NCBI GenBank assembly: GCA_000165425.1
Contig: CT868654.1
Span: 248,001 to 312,000, forward strand
DNA: 64,000 bases
Reading direction: 5' to 3'
Origin: Paramecium tetraurelia
Taxonomy: Eukaryota
Both the position numbers and the translations under genes were made by a program. Below are positions 1-12,282 of the stretch, piece by piece. The notes beneath the pieces were generated by a model. The model did not search any database, was not told where the DNA came from, and was given only the letters and a program-made list of their open reading frames with translations. Numbering within the stretch: the first letter of the stretch is position 1; every line of letters starts with the position of its first letter.

Positions 1-1190
1 ATTTACAAGGCAAATATGATAAGCTAAAGGAGGAATATGACTTATAACATAAGTTCCTATAAGAGAAAGAGAAAGCCTATAATGACCTCTAATTAAAGTA
101 TTAATAGTTATAAAGATTACAATAATAATATCAATCCAATAACTCAGAATCAGATTAACAAACTATAAAATAATTAAGAGAGAAGCTACTACTGAATGAA
201 GAGAAATTATAAGAATACTCAGTTGTACAGTTTCAAATCCAATCATTAAAACAGCAAAAGGCAGAAGTGGAAATGAAATAAAATAGATTATTAACTGAAA
301 ATTAATAATTAAAAAATGAACTAACACAATTATAATAGTCATTATCAAATTGTAAGACCTAGGTGACATAAGTAAAGGAACTTGAATTGTTAGTGGAAGT
401 ATGTTAAAATGATTAGGATGGATTTATCAAATCTTTAGAAAGCAAAGATGCTGAAATTTAATACTTAAAAAATAGATTACAAACTTCATAGGAACAACTA
501 TTGAAATTCAAATCAGACAATCTTAAGCTATTTAATGAATTGTAGAACTTACAATAAGAGATCAAGAATATGTAATCAGCTGTTTTGTAGTCCCAGGAAG
601 TCATGAAAACAAATTAATAACTTACTTTAGATATTGAAAATTTAGAATTAAGCAAGAATGTGTTATAAGAACAAATGGAGAACATTCTTGATCAATATAA
701 GAGATTAAGTAGCATCAATGAAACACTGAAATAATAGTATTAATCATCTCAACAAGAAGTTAATTAATTAAAAACTATATTTGAGAATGAGAAATAAAAT
801 TATGAATAATAAATTTAAGATCAGAAGTACGTGATTGAATAACAGGACAACGATTTGTAAAATGCCAAGATGGAGAATGAATCCAATACCTAAAAAATTA
901 GTGAATTGACATTATATTATCAAGCTCAATTTGCAGAACTATAGCAATCTTTGGATAATTGGTTTAGATAATAAATTGAGACTGAACTTAAGAAAGTTGT
1001 AGATCCAATTACAGAAGAAAGAGACTACTATTAAGAGAAATTTAAGGAGGCAATGCAAAAATGTGAATCATTGGAAGATCAGAATTAGGATATCATTGCT
1101 GAATATGAATCATTAACTAGCAAACATTTAGAGTTGAAGATGTTGTTCGATTAGATTAAGACGATTTCCTAAACTTAATTGAAGAACTGA
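1..1190 (+). CDS. 3' part of a coiled-coil protein (5' end outside the window)
   Basis: Code-6 frame from nt 3 (LQGKYDKLKEEYDLQHKF...) to TGA at 1188-1190; Q/E/K/L heptad-rich. Confidence 0.75.
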
Positions 1191-1238
1191 ATTGCACAAT
1201 TATACTTATTATAATTATATATTAAAATAGTTAAAATA

Positions 1239-2310
1239 ATGCTCAAAAAATATCTCTCGTCGTATTATTCTAACGAATAAATAAGATCCAAAAAAGTCAA
1301 TCTAAAGCCCAAACTAGACTTTTAAGGATTTACTAAAGCAAGTATTATTATTGTAGCACCTTAGAATTCATTAATTAAGATTTAACTTAAAGAACTATAG
1401 ATTATAGTTCTCCAAAAATTAAACTCAATTTGGGGTCCATTGATAATCAACATCCCCCAATTATTAAGCCTCAAAGTAAACAGACTAATTTAAGTCTATA
1501 TGCACAATAAATATTGTCTAGTAATTAAGTAAATTCATCATAGAGAATAATAATCAATCATCCATCGACAATACACCTAAGAAAGGATTGGATCTACTCA
1601 TAACAAAGAGGGATGAAGCATACAAATATAGATCTGTTTCATAAACACAAAGAAATCAATTAATTAAGCGATAAAGTAGTGAAGAAAAATGTAAATCAAG
1701 TGAACGAATCAAAGTTATAGATGTATTTAATTAAAGTCCTAAACATAACAAATAACCAACATCTTATTAAACATATATAACAAGCAAAGAAATCTTGAAA
1801 GTTAAACTTAAATAACAACAATAGAACATACAAAGCAAATCTTCCAAGATCTCCATTCATATCGTAACATTTTATATGCTATTATAGAATAATGCCTAAT
1901 AGTAATAATGTATTAAATAACCTATCTCAAGTAGACTTAATGAATCTAGAGATATACTATCTTAAATGAGAAGGAACTCTATAAATACCTAAAAGTTGAA
2001 TAACAATCCAGATCGAGAAGGAGTCATCACACAAAAGAAAAAATATTTCTTTAACTCTCCTTAAAACAACGAATCTATGGGGTTTGAACACGACAGTAAG
2101 AGTAACCTCTAAGTGGCTCGCAATCTTAAAATTGAACTTGAAAAAGTTGATAATGAAAACATTCTCGAATTATTGTTACTTTCCACTCAAGAACTAAATA
2201 ATAAATTTAACAAGAAGAGTCAACTCATAAGAAATGAATCAGAAGAAAAAATACCCATCAAAATTAGAGTCAGAGCGGGTAATAAATTTCCTAAAGACTT
2301 TTTTTAATGA
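1239..2310 (+). CDS. hypothetical low-complexity (Q/N/K/S-rich) protein
   Basis: ATG 1239 (MLKKYLSSYYSNEQIRSKK); ends ...NKFPKDFFQ TGA 2308-2310; short intron(s) likely, internal structure not fully traced. Confidence 0.6.
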
Positions 2311-2329
2311 ATCATAACTATTCAAATAA

Positions 2330-3809
2330 TCATTCAAAATTAAGTCTTTTCTTCATAAATTCTTTAATTTTGTCAACCCACAATTATGCTGGATGTTCAC
2401 ATTCCTAAATTAGCAATAGTTGTACTTTAAAATAATATTTTTTTTTATTAGGCACATCAATATTGAATTGCCCTTTTAATAATTCTATTATCACATTCTT
2501 ATCCAAAATAATTTATCCCTTTTAATCATAAATTCTTAACTTACTTTCTTCATTCCTGTATTAGGGTCAAAATATTCCAATTTTGGAATTTCGTAATCAT
2601 ATAGAATCATATTACGTAACTTATAAATCATCCAACCTATAATATTCATCGCACTAACCAGTCTTCTTATTCACTAATCCAGTCAATACTACTTCTGGTT
2701 TCAAAGCTGAACTTTGTTTCTTTAACTATAATTCCTATGTTGAAGTCGACTTCTTCAAATGAATTTAAACATCATCTGGTCCCTTGATACTCCATAATTA
2801 ATCCCAATTTATCTCCTTAAAGAAAGGATGGCTCTTAAGTTCCCTATAGGTATTCTTTGAATCTTAATATAAATAATTTATACTAGGTAATCCTCCTCCC
2901 AATCTGCTCAATGGATCTCTTACCAATAGTTTGCTTATTAAATCCATTGCATCCTAAGGAATTTTATTGCTGTTTTAATACTAGCAAGCCCTGACCTTCT
3001 AAAATACTAAATATTCTGTCTAATCACAAAAAGGAGTTGTTCCTGTGAACATTTTATAAATTATGCACCCCAATGCCCATAAATCTGATTAAGGACCACA
3101 TATATCATCCTCTAATAACTCTGGTGATACATATTCAGCTGTCCCAACAAATGTAGCCTTGTGTTTTTATTAATATTAATCAATTTCATCCATGAATCTT
3201 TCATCTTGTTAACTAATCTCTCGTAATTCATTTAATTTGTCTCTTACACTCTCATTTAATCCTCTCTCATCAAAAAAATTTGCAGTTCCAAAGTCAATCA
3301 TCTTTATATGTAGATTATTGGCCACCATAATGTTTTCTGGCTTTTATCATTATAGAATATTTACTTTTACATCCCTATGAGCTATTCCATTTGAATGTAA
3401 CTATTCTAATATGCTTACAATCTCTGCTGAATAAAAAACTATATTTTATTATGAAATATTTTCTAGTATGATAAACTGCATTTTTACTATTAATTTTTAG
3501 AAAATTTGCAAAATCCCCCCCCTCTACAAATTCTAGCACTAAATATATTTATGATGAACTCTGAAAACTAGCAATTAAATTAATCAACCCAGGATGCTTC
3601 ACTTAAGTTAAGACTTCTTTTTCAATAAAAACCTAATATTATTTTTTTTCCTTTTTATAAATCAATTAGCTAACCTTTATTAATAATCTTTTCTCTAAGG
3701 TTTTAATTGCAACTAATAATCCGCTTTCTTTCTATTTGGCCAACATTACATCCCCATAAGAACCAGAACCTAATTTTTCTATTATTTCATAATCATTTAA
3801 TGTCTGCAT
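2330..3809 (-). CDS. PDK1: 3-phosphoinositide-dependent protein kinase 1-like AGC kinase with C-terminal PH-like domain
   Basis: LGSGSYG G-loop, HIKMIDFGTA, ATFVGTAEYVSPE, SDLWALGCIIY; C-terminus ...QLWVDKIKEFMKKRLNFE*; several tiny introns. Confidence 0.85.
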
Positions 3810-4271
3810 TTTAATAAATAATTTTAATATTTTTATTTTATTATTTGTATATTCAATACAAACTTCAATTATGATCAAATAAAGAAACAGGATATATTTT
3901 TGTAAATAATCTTTATTTTATTTTTCAAAAAAATAGCTTTATGTTTTTTAAAAATAATTAAAAGTAATAAACACTAAATTTGATTTATTGTGGCATATCA
4001 TCAAATTGTAATATTTAATTTGTATTTGAATATTTTGAAGAAATATCATTATATATTTGAAAAATATATAAAATAATTTCAAAAAATGAAAGTAATATGT
4101 TCAACATAAATTAAGAATAACTTATAAAGTAGGTTATAAATATCAAATTATTGATATCTTTCTTTATTTTAATTATAAAGATATGTTTGATTAATCAAGA
4201 AGACAATATTTTATACATGGTTAATGCTGAGAGTTATTAAATATTTTGAAAAACGTTTATTAATATATAAT

Positions 4272-4655
4272 ATGTTTTTATTGATATATTTGTTAACAAT
4301 GGTAAGATGCATTAAGCTACCTTTAAAAACCGAATATGATTAGATTGAAGCACTAGAAATAATGTCTGAAGACACAATGTCAGAATAGCAATTAAAGAAG
4401 GCTCAAACAAATTAGGTGTTCTTTTTAGAAATAGCAGATTACTTAGAAGGAACATCATTTTATAATTTTTTGGGTATTTATGCAAGTGAATTAGATCTAC
4501 AAAATAAGGATAATTAATCAAAGAGAATAATAATGGCAACAGTGTTGTCGATATTGTTAATCGTTGTATTTTGTGTGGTGATCCAATTTATTCTGGATTT
4601 GTCAAAAAAATGTAAAATCAAGCTAAACAGAGAAAGTGTTCCAATATAAGCATGA
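4272..4655 (+). CDS. small single-pass membrane protein (127 aa) with signal peptide
   Basis: Intronless 384-nt code-6 ORF; MFLLIYLLTMVRC signal-like start and hydrophobic IIMATVLSILLIVVFCVVIQFIL. Confidence 0.65.
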
Positions 4656-4734
4656 TAAATGAATGTGTTTGAATGTATTCATATAAATACTGAGGTACTG
4701 ATTTTTCTTTTTTTTCATTAATTTTATTATAAAA

Positions 4735-5691
4735 ATGTCATCGGAAGTTAAAAAGAAGGAAAGGTAAAACTTGCTTGTTTAAGTTGAAGATTTTTTGCAT
4801 AAATAATAGTTTAATGGTTAAACATTTCAAAAAAGGAATGAAATTGAAGAGGAAGTGGATGTTTTTTTAAATTTGTTGGGAAATATTAATCCATCTGAAA
4901 CTCCATAGAACAAAGCTTAATTAAGTACAATAATTTCTTAAGGATCATATGATTCAACTCTGCCATCTTTCAGAGAAACAAAGCTTAAATATGTTGATTA
5001 ATTCGTGTAATAAATGTTGAAATTCTTAAGAGAGATTAAGAAAGAAATTTAAGGAAATGAATCAGTTATTTAATAGTTGATAGATTAGATTTATCAATTC
5101 TATTTAAATTAGATGAATGATATCGATAAATTAATCTAATATACCTATGATGTTGGGAACAGGAAACCGAATGTGGTTTAATTTTAAGATGAATTAGAAT
5201 AAAAAGAATTAAAACCTACAATTTTAGAATAAGAATTGGAATCCTCACTCGTGCAGGCTCATCAATTAAATGTAATAATATTAGATTATCAAGAGGACTA
5301 ATTAAACAATTTATTGAAGCAAAAATCATCTGAAAATTATTATAAAGACAAATAATGTAAGTAGGCATTGTAATCAATCGCCATGTTAGAATCGCAATTA
5401 AATTAATTTAAGGGGTAATTTTAGAAATTTAATCAAATGGTAAAAGTTATCAATGGGTAATTGAGTGATTGTGTAAATGGACCATCTTCAGAGAACAATA
5501 GAACTAAAATTGGAAGTAACAAAACTGCTTATAAAACAATCAATTCCTATCGCACACATTTCACTAACACAACTCCAAATAAAAAAGGAAAATTGGAAGA
5601 TAATTATCGGTCAATCTCGCAGAATTCTTATAGATCAAGAAGAGAGGAAGTTGATAAAGTTTATAAATAGTTATTAAAAAATTATTTATGA
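4735..5691 (+). CDS. hypothetical coiled-coil protein (about 318 aa)
   Basis: ATG 4735 (MSSEVKKKERQNLL) in frame with TGA 5689-5691. Confidence 0.7.
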
Positions 5692-5731
5692 ATTCCAGAT
5701 ATAGTTATTATGATATATTAATTCTTAATTT

Positions 5732-7056
5732 TCAACGTTAAGCTTTATTAAAATAATCTTCTATATAACATCGAATGGCATCAAAATCATTCAACATGAC
5801 TTATCTGACTTATCTGAGTAATTTTAATTATTCTTTTCTTTCTTTCTATCTAACTCCATAATTCACCTTAAATTATATGACTATTAATTACTTTAGTATC
5901 ATCAGAACATTTAGATAAATCTAATAATTATTACTTTAAATTTGCTAGCCTCTTTTCCTCATCCTTTTGATTTTATTACTCAGCTACAATCTAAGCATTG
6001 ATTGAATCCTATTAATTTTGTAAGGTTGCAAGCTATAATCATAATCACTCATTACCTATAAATTAATTGAATGTAGTTAGTCATTAATTTAATTTTTCAC
6101 TCTTGAATGAAGTTGATCTCTATCGTCTTCTGCATTATATTAAACTCTACTAGTTTTATCTATTTAATCATAGAGTTATTAAAGAAGATTGACAATAGCA
6201 TTAACTCTTTTAGTGTTAACGACTGCTTCAGTTTATGTTGAAACATTAACAAATTCAGCTAATTTATTATCTTGATAAATTACTAATTATTTTCAAGAAA
6301 GGTTAGTTGTTTTAGAGTGATTCCTAAGCTTCTCTCTATAATTAATTTATTTATTATAAAAAGTCAGCATTTTATTAAAAATCTTGATTAATATTAGTTG
6401 ATTGTTAAACCAACACTGTAGTCTTAGGGATTAATTACTTGATCAAATACTTAGCTCTTTTTAATAGATTGCAAACAGTTATTGAATCATCTCTAGCAAT
6501 TTCAAAATGATCACGCTATTTTAAGATTGATTGATACTTCTTATTGTCTAATTTCATCTAGTTAAGTTGACAATGATTAATATTCATCAATAATGTTTTC
6601 TTTTTCATCCAATAATATGTCATATCTATTAGATTCATCTTAATATAATCTAATTTGAGCTCCAATAGTGCTATAATCATATTGGGATTTTGCAATTTAT
6701 TCTTCTAGACTAAGTAATTGCGAATAATCTATTTAATAATAATTCGTTTTTAATACATTATTCAGAAGCTTCTGATTCGAGTTCTAAATCATTTTATTAA
6801 TCTTATGCAATCTACTACTCAATTTCGTTCAATAAATGCTCAATTCTGTTTAATTATGCTTTTGTATCTGTTATGAGAATGAATAATGAAAATTACCTTA
6901 ATCTCGTTAATATTCTGTTTGAATTGAATTTAATACATTTAAACCAAACTAATCCTTTTATAATGTTTCTAAAAATGTTTAATCCTCAGGGGAGATTTAT
7001 CTGTTATCCTATTGGGAATACACGACTAGAATTAATAATGCAATATAAAATTTCAT
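5732..7056 (-). CDS. trichocyst matrix protein-like secreted precursor (divergent)
   Basis: Signal peptide MKFYIALLILVVYS; FLETLQKDQFGLNVLNSIQ; LDEIRQQERDHFE; C-terminal RKEQLKLLRQVRQVM, matching the TMP/granule-lattice pattern; 22-29 nt introns. Confidence 0.65.
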
Positions 7057-7141
7057 TATCTGAATAATTATATAATATTTCCCATCGAAATTTATATCTA
7101 AATTAAAGAAAATAGATATTTTTTATTAAAAATTAATAGGA

Positions 7142-10100
7142 ATGGCAGAGAATATCATTCAATAAAAAACTGAAGGTGACGAGAGGGCTAGTGTGTATTT
7201 CGGATAAGAAATCGATGGTGATAGTATTTTTTATTTGTTATTTTAAGAAATAATCTATAAAAATGTAAGAAAAGCAAAAATTCCAAATACAGCAGACATT
7301 GCATATTGTGAGATAAGAATAACTGAATTGTAAGCCGAACTTGATGCTTAACGTGAGTAAGTGTTCAAGCTTGAGCAACAATAAGATTTATATGTAACAT
7401 ATGAATAGACAGTAAATATCAAAATAATCTTTCTTTAGATCAATTAATTGCAAGAAAGAAATCAAATATTGAATGACGAAAACAAACAGTTGACTCTTTT
7501 GTTGCGTTCAAGGACGAAAGAGTTGGATGTTGCAAAATTTAAGATTCTTGAATATGAGTCCAATTTGGAGAGATTGAGAGACATAGAATAGGATTATAAA
7601 AATGCTTACGACTAATTGCAAGTGAGAGATAAAGAACTAAAAGATGTAAAAAGTTATTTACTAAGTAAAAGTTAACTGAAAAGTATGGACAATTAGAATT
7701 AAAGCATTCAGAATAGAAAGTACTTGAATTAGAAAATTTCGACTTTCAAAACAAGATAACCAACCTCTAGAATGATTTGAATGTATATAAAGATAGGAAC
7801 ATCAAATTAGAGGCTGAGAGAAAGAGACTTGCAGATCTGAAATCTGAATTATCTACAACTTCTAAGATTGAAGTCACAAAGAGTGAAATCAACATTTCAT
7901 AAGTTGCTACAATATAGCCTGCATAAGATTATGCTAAATTCAAAGCACAATTATAAGAATAATCTGACCTATTGAACCAGATGAAAAACGCTATTCAAGA
8001 AAAAGATCACAGACTGGGTTTACTTAATCATGAACTTAATAAGTTACAAGAAACATTATCAAACAAAAATGAATAATTATCTTAATTAGAATCATAACTA
8101 GACTAATGTAATGGTAAACTAAAGGAATTAGAAGGCTTGGCTGAATAATAAAAATCTAAACCTACAACGATTATTAAAACTGTTGAAAAAATAGTCAAAG
8201 TTACTTCAACAGATGCTGATGAAGAAAAAGTCAGATTGACAAATGAATTAGAGAGGGCGAACTTTGAGATCGAAAGATATAAGTTTGAGTTAGCTTAATT
8301 GCAACAAAAATTAGAAACTCAGGAAAAGATAATATCTGATGTAATATTTAATCTAAATATTTTTTAGTTATCCAGAGATGTCAGATAAATAGTTTCATTA
8401 AATGAGGAAATCGAATTATTAAAGATTGACAAGTTAAATTTGTTGAATGCTTTGAACCAAAAGGAGTAGGATTAAGAATTTACTTTGAATTTATTAAATT
8501 AAAAAACACTTGAACTTTAGAATCTAGATAAGATTAAGTTCCATTTGGCATTTGCAGAAGATCAGATCTAAACAAAATAAAGAGAGATTATCTCTTTGAA
8601 AAGAAGAGTTGGAGATGTTGAAAATTCGAATAATTAATTAAAATAAATATAACCTGAGTTAAGATAGGCTAAGAAGCTGGTTGAAGAATTGAAATCTGAA
8701 AATGAAAATTAAGATTAGTAAATTAAGTAACTTAAAGCCAATTTAATGGATGCTGAAGTTGTCATCAATTAATTAAAGAAGTTAGAATAAAGAATAAAAG
8801 CATTACAAAACACTAATTCTTCATTAAGATAAGAGATGACATAAACACTTGCTGAATCTGAATAATGGAGACAGAAATACAATTAAGGCTGTTCTGAAAT
8901 CACAAGATTATAGAGATTATTAGAAGTAAATCAACAAAGATAATAATTACTTAATGAGCAAAATAAAAATTTCAAGAATGATTTTGAAGTGCCTGATATA
9001 AAAGTAGATCCACTTCCAATTCCCAAAAGATTAACTAAATAAATTATTTAAGATGAGTCATAAATTACAAAATTAAAGAATAATTTAGTAGCTGTAGAAT
9101 TACAACTAGAATCTGTTTATAGGAATAAGATACTTGAATAATAGAGCTATTAAAGTTAGATTGATGAAATCAATTCTAAATATTAACTCAAAAAGGGGGA
9201 AAGTGAGTCTTGGAAGCAAAAATACTTGAAATCCGAATAAGAAAATGTTAAATTAATGAATATCAATGAGAAATACAATGTTCTATTGTTAAGATATGAC
9301 TCTTAGGAAGTTATTATTTAAAGTCTAAATGAGAAGTTGAAGTAATTAAGTATAGAATTGGAAAAGAGTAGAGCTGAAGTATTTAATTTACATTTGCAAC
9401 TAAGTTAGTTGGATGTATTAATTTAAGAGAGAGATCAATTCAAGCAGAGAGCAGATGCTTATTATTAAGAAATACAAAATCAATATAAATAAATTCCACT
9501 CTTAAAAGCTTAAGTATTAGATTTAACAAGATAATTGAAACTGGCAGAAATTCCTGTCATTCGTATTGCGTAGAAAACTGATGCAATTGAAAAACTGAGA
9601 CAATAAAATATTGAACTAGAATCAAAGATTGATGATACACTAGAGGATTAAATTGATGAATTACAATAAACAAATCAAGTCTTAAGATAGGAATTGACGA
9701 AATAAATTGAAATTAATACATAATTAATTAAGGACTTATCTAATGCTGACAGAAAGAAGCAAGACATACTTATAGAATTATAGTTATTGTAAGCCATAGA
9801 AATAGATTATTAATAATTAAAAATTGCATACTTAAATAAATAAAAAGAAAACGATAAAATTAAGATGTAGAGTGATTAAGTTGAATTCAAACAAAGAGAT
9901 TTAGAAAATGCTATTCATTCTTCAAATTAATTGGGATTAGAATAAAAGAATGAAATAGAGAAATTGAGAGAGAGAACAAATAATTAAAATAATTAAGTAA
10001 ATGAATTATTAGTCAAACTCAACTCTTTATAATAGTTGAACAATGATTATAAATTTAAGTTAGAGATGTTCCCTGAATTACAAGAGAAAGTGAATACATA

Positions 10101-11746
10101 AGCCAAATAGATTGATGAATTAAAGAAGGCATTACAAAGTTCAAATGAAATAAGAGATGAATTAACTGCCAAATGCACCTTATAATCAGTCAAACTTTAA
10201 AGTTTAGGACCTCTGTAATCAAAGATTGAGAGTCTATAATTGATTTTAGATGAGAGATAAAGATAATTAGATTTATGGTAAACTAAGGCTATAGAATTGG
10301 AGGATAGCAAATCAAAACTTAATTAAGAATGGAGAAAGAAATTTGATGCTATTGAAGTTTAATTGAAAAACCAAAAAGAATTAGAGTAACTATTAAAATA
10401 ACAAGAACATGACATTAATGATTTGATTAGTTAGAATAACAAATTAAATGTCTAAAATAAGGAATTATCTGTTGCAAATCAACTACTTAATAAAGATGTT
10501 GATCAAAGAGATATAGAAATCAAAAGATTATCAGCTATTGAAACTGATTTCAGGAAACTTAATGAGAATCTATTAATTGAATTGTAGAGAATTGCAGATC
10601 TTACAGATAAATTACAAATTGCATAAAATCAATATGATGCTGCAAAGAGAGATTAAGAGAGATTAGAGAATAAGTGTGCTATGATGTCAAGTGAAATTGA
10701 GAGATTATCTGTTATGGTTAAAAATAAAAATATAGAAATATAAGGAAATAAAGCTATTTTACATTAGAATCAATCACAAATTGATTAAGTTCAACCAGTA
10801 TTCGTAGAAAACAAGAGATTATTTGATGAATTGAATAATGTATTAAAATCAAATGAAGAATTGAAAATACACTCTATATAATTGCAAAAATAAATTGATG
10901 AATTGAAATCAACTATTAGTAATGGCAGTAGTTATGAAAACCAATTAAAAGATGATTTAGAGTAATTAGAATAAGCATTGAGACATAAGGAGAATGAAAT
11001 CAGTGAGATCAAACAATTATTAAGACAAAGTGAGAATTAAGTAAAAGATATTAAAAGAGATGATTAATAATGGATAGACTAATAGGCAGAAAAAGAGAAA
11101 TTAACAAATCAATTGAATTACGTCAATGAATTATTGAATTCTAAAAATGCTGAAAATGAACAATTAACTAAATAAAATCATGTACTGTAATCAAAATTAT
11201 TGGATAATCAAAAATTAGATTTTGAACATTTAGAATTAGCGTTGAATACAAGAGATAAGGTAATTGAAGAATGGAAGGGCAAATTCTAGAGATTATCTTA
11301 AGACTTACAGAAGGTTATAGAAGATAAAGTGGAACTGGAAAATAGATTTAGTACAGTAGATTTGGAGATTGAAAGATGGAAAAGAAAAGCTAATTCAAAT
11401 TCAGCTGAAATTGAAATGTTAAGAGTAACCATTGATTAATTGAATGATGAAATAGAGAGGTTAAATAAGAATACATAAGATCTACTAAATGTAAACATTA
11501 TCTATAATATTTTAGGAAAATGATTCCTGGAGGCATAAGTATGGTAATTTGTAATAACTGATACCTACTATGGTACATCATTAACCAAATCCAGAAACAT
11601 AAGCGTATCAAGTTACTCCAGGTAACAGCTTTAGAATTCCGCCAGGAACTGATAGAAATTAAGGTAGCTTTAGAAATCAACCACCTCCTCTTGATTCTAG
11701 GAGATCTTTCAGAAGAGCCACCACTATTGGTCTAACGAAACCTTGA
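7142..11746 (+). CDS. giant coiled-coil, probably cortical/cytoskeletal, protein (about 1,500 aa)
   Basis: ATG 7142 to TGA 11744-11746; heptad-rich with recurring W(K/E)xK(Y/F) and EIER(L/Y/W) motifs; P/G/Q-rich tail. Confidence 0.75.
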
Positions 11747-12029
11747 TTAGTAATAATAAATACAATAATATAATATCATTAATTAATTGGCTGTAATGGT
11801 TATTATGAATAATTCTATATTATTTTAGCAGAATAAAGCAAATATATAATAAAAGGCTGATGAATACAATTATCTGAAATCTACAAACAAAAGCTTAAAA
11901 AATATAATATATTTCTTATATAAATTATCTTCAGTGGATACTCTAATCTAATCTTGAGATTCTTGTTATATTATTATTTTCATACATAGTAAGTTGCAAA
12001 TGCTAAAAATATATTCTTTTTATAGGAGG

Positions 12030-12268
12030 ATCCAAATTTTATTACACAGTTTTCGAAAGTGCAAAGGTTAGATCTTTTATTTTTATTGGGAACCGCAAAT
12101 AATGATAGGGAATTCGAAGGGACTCTTCTCGGTTTTGATGATTTCTTTAGTATTGAAGTGAGAATTTATTAGATAGGGTTTTGGAGAATGTGATAATTGA
12201 AAGAAGAATGAATTGGAATCCATTTGTTGAATGGTACTCTAGTATGTTTGATTGTTCCTGGGAGTTGA
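12030..12268 (+). pseudogene. LSm5-like pseudogene
   Basis: Sm motifs NDREFEGTLLGFDDFFN.VLENV and LLNGTLVCLIVPGS* spread over three frames; no usable ATG; intact 23-nt intron. Confidence 0.7.
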
Positions 12269-12282
12269 ATAATATTTTTAAT

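Noticed and set aside
389..416. Intron-like GT..TAG in the first gene
   Set aside because: The frame reads through without a stop and stays in register, so no splicing is needed
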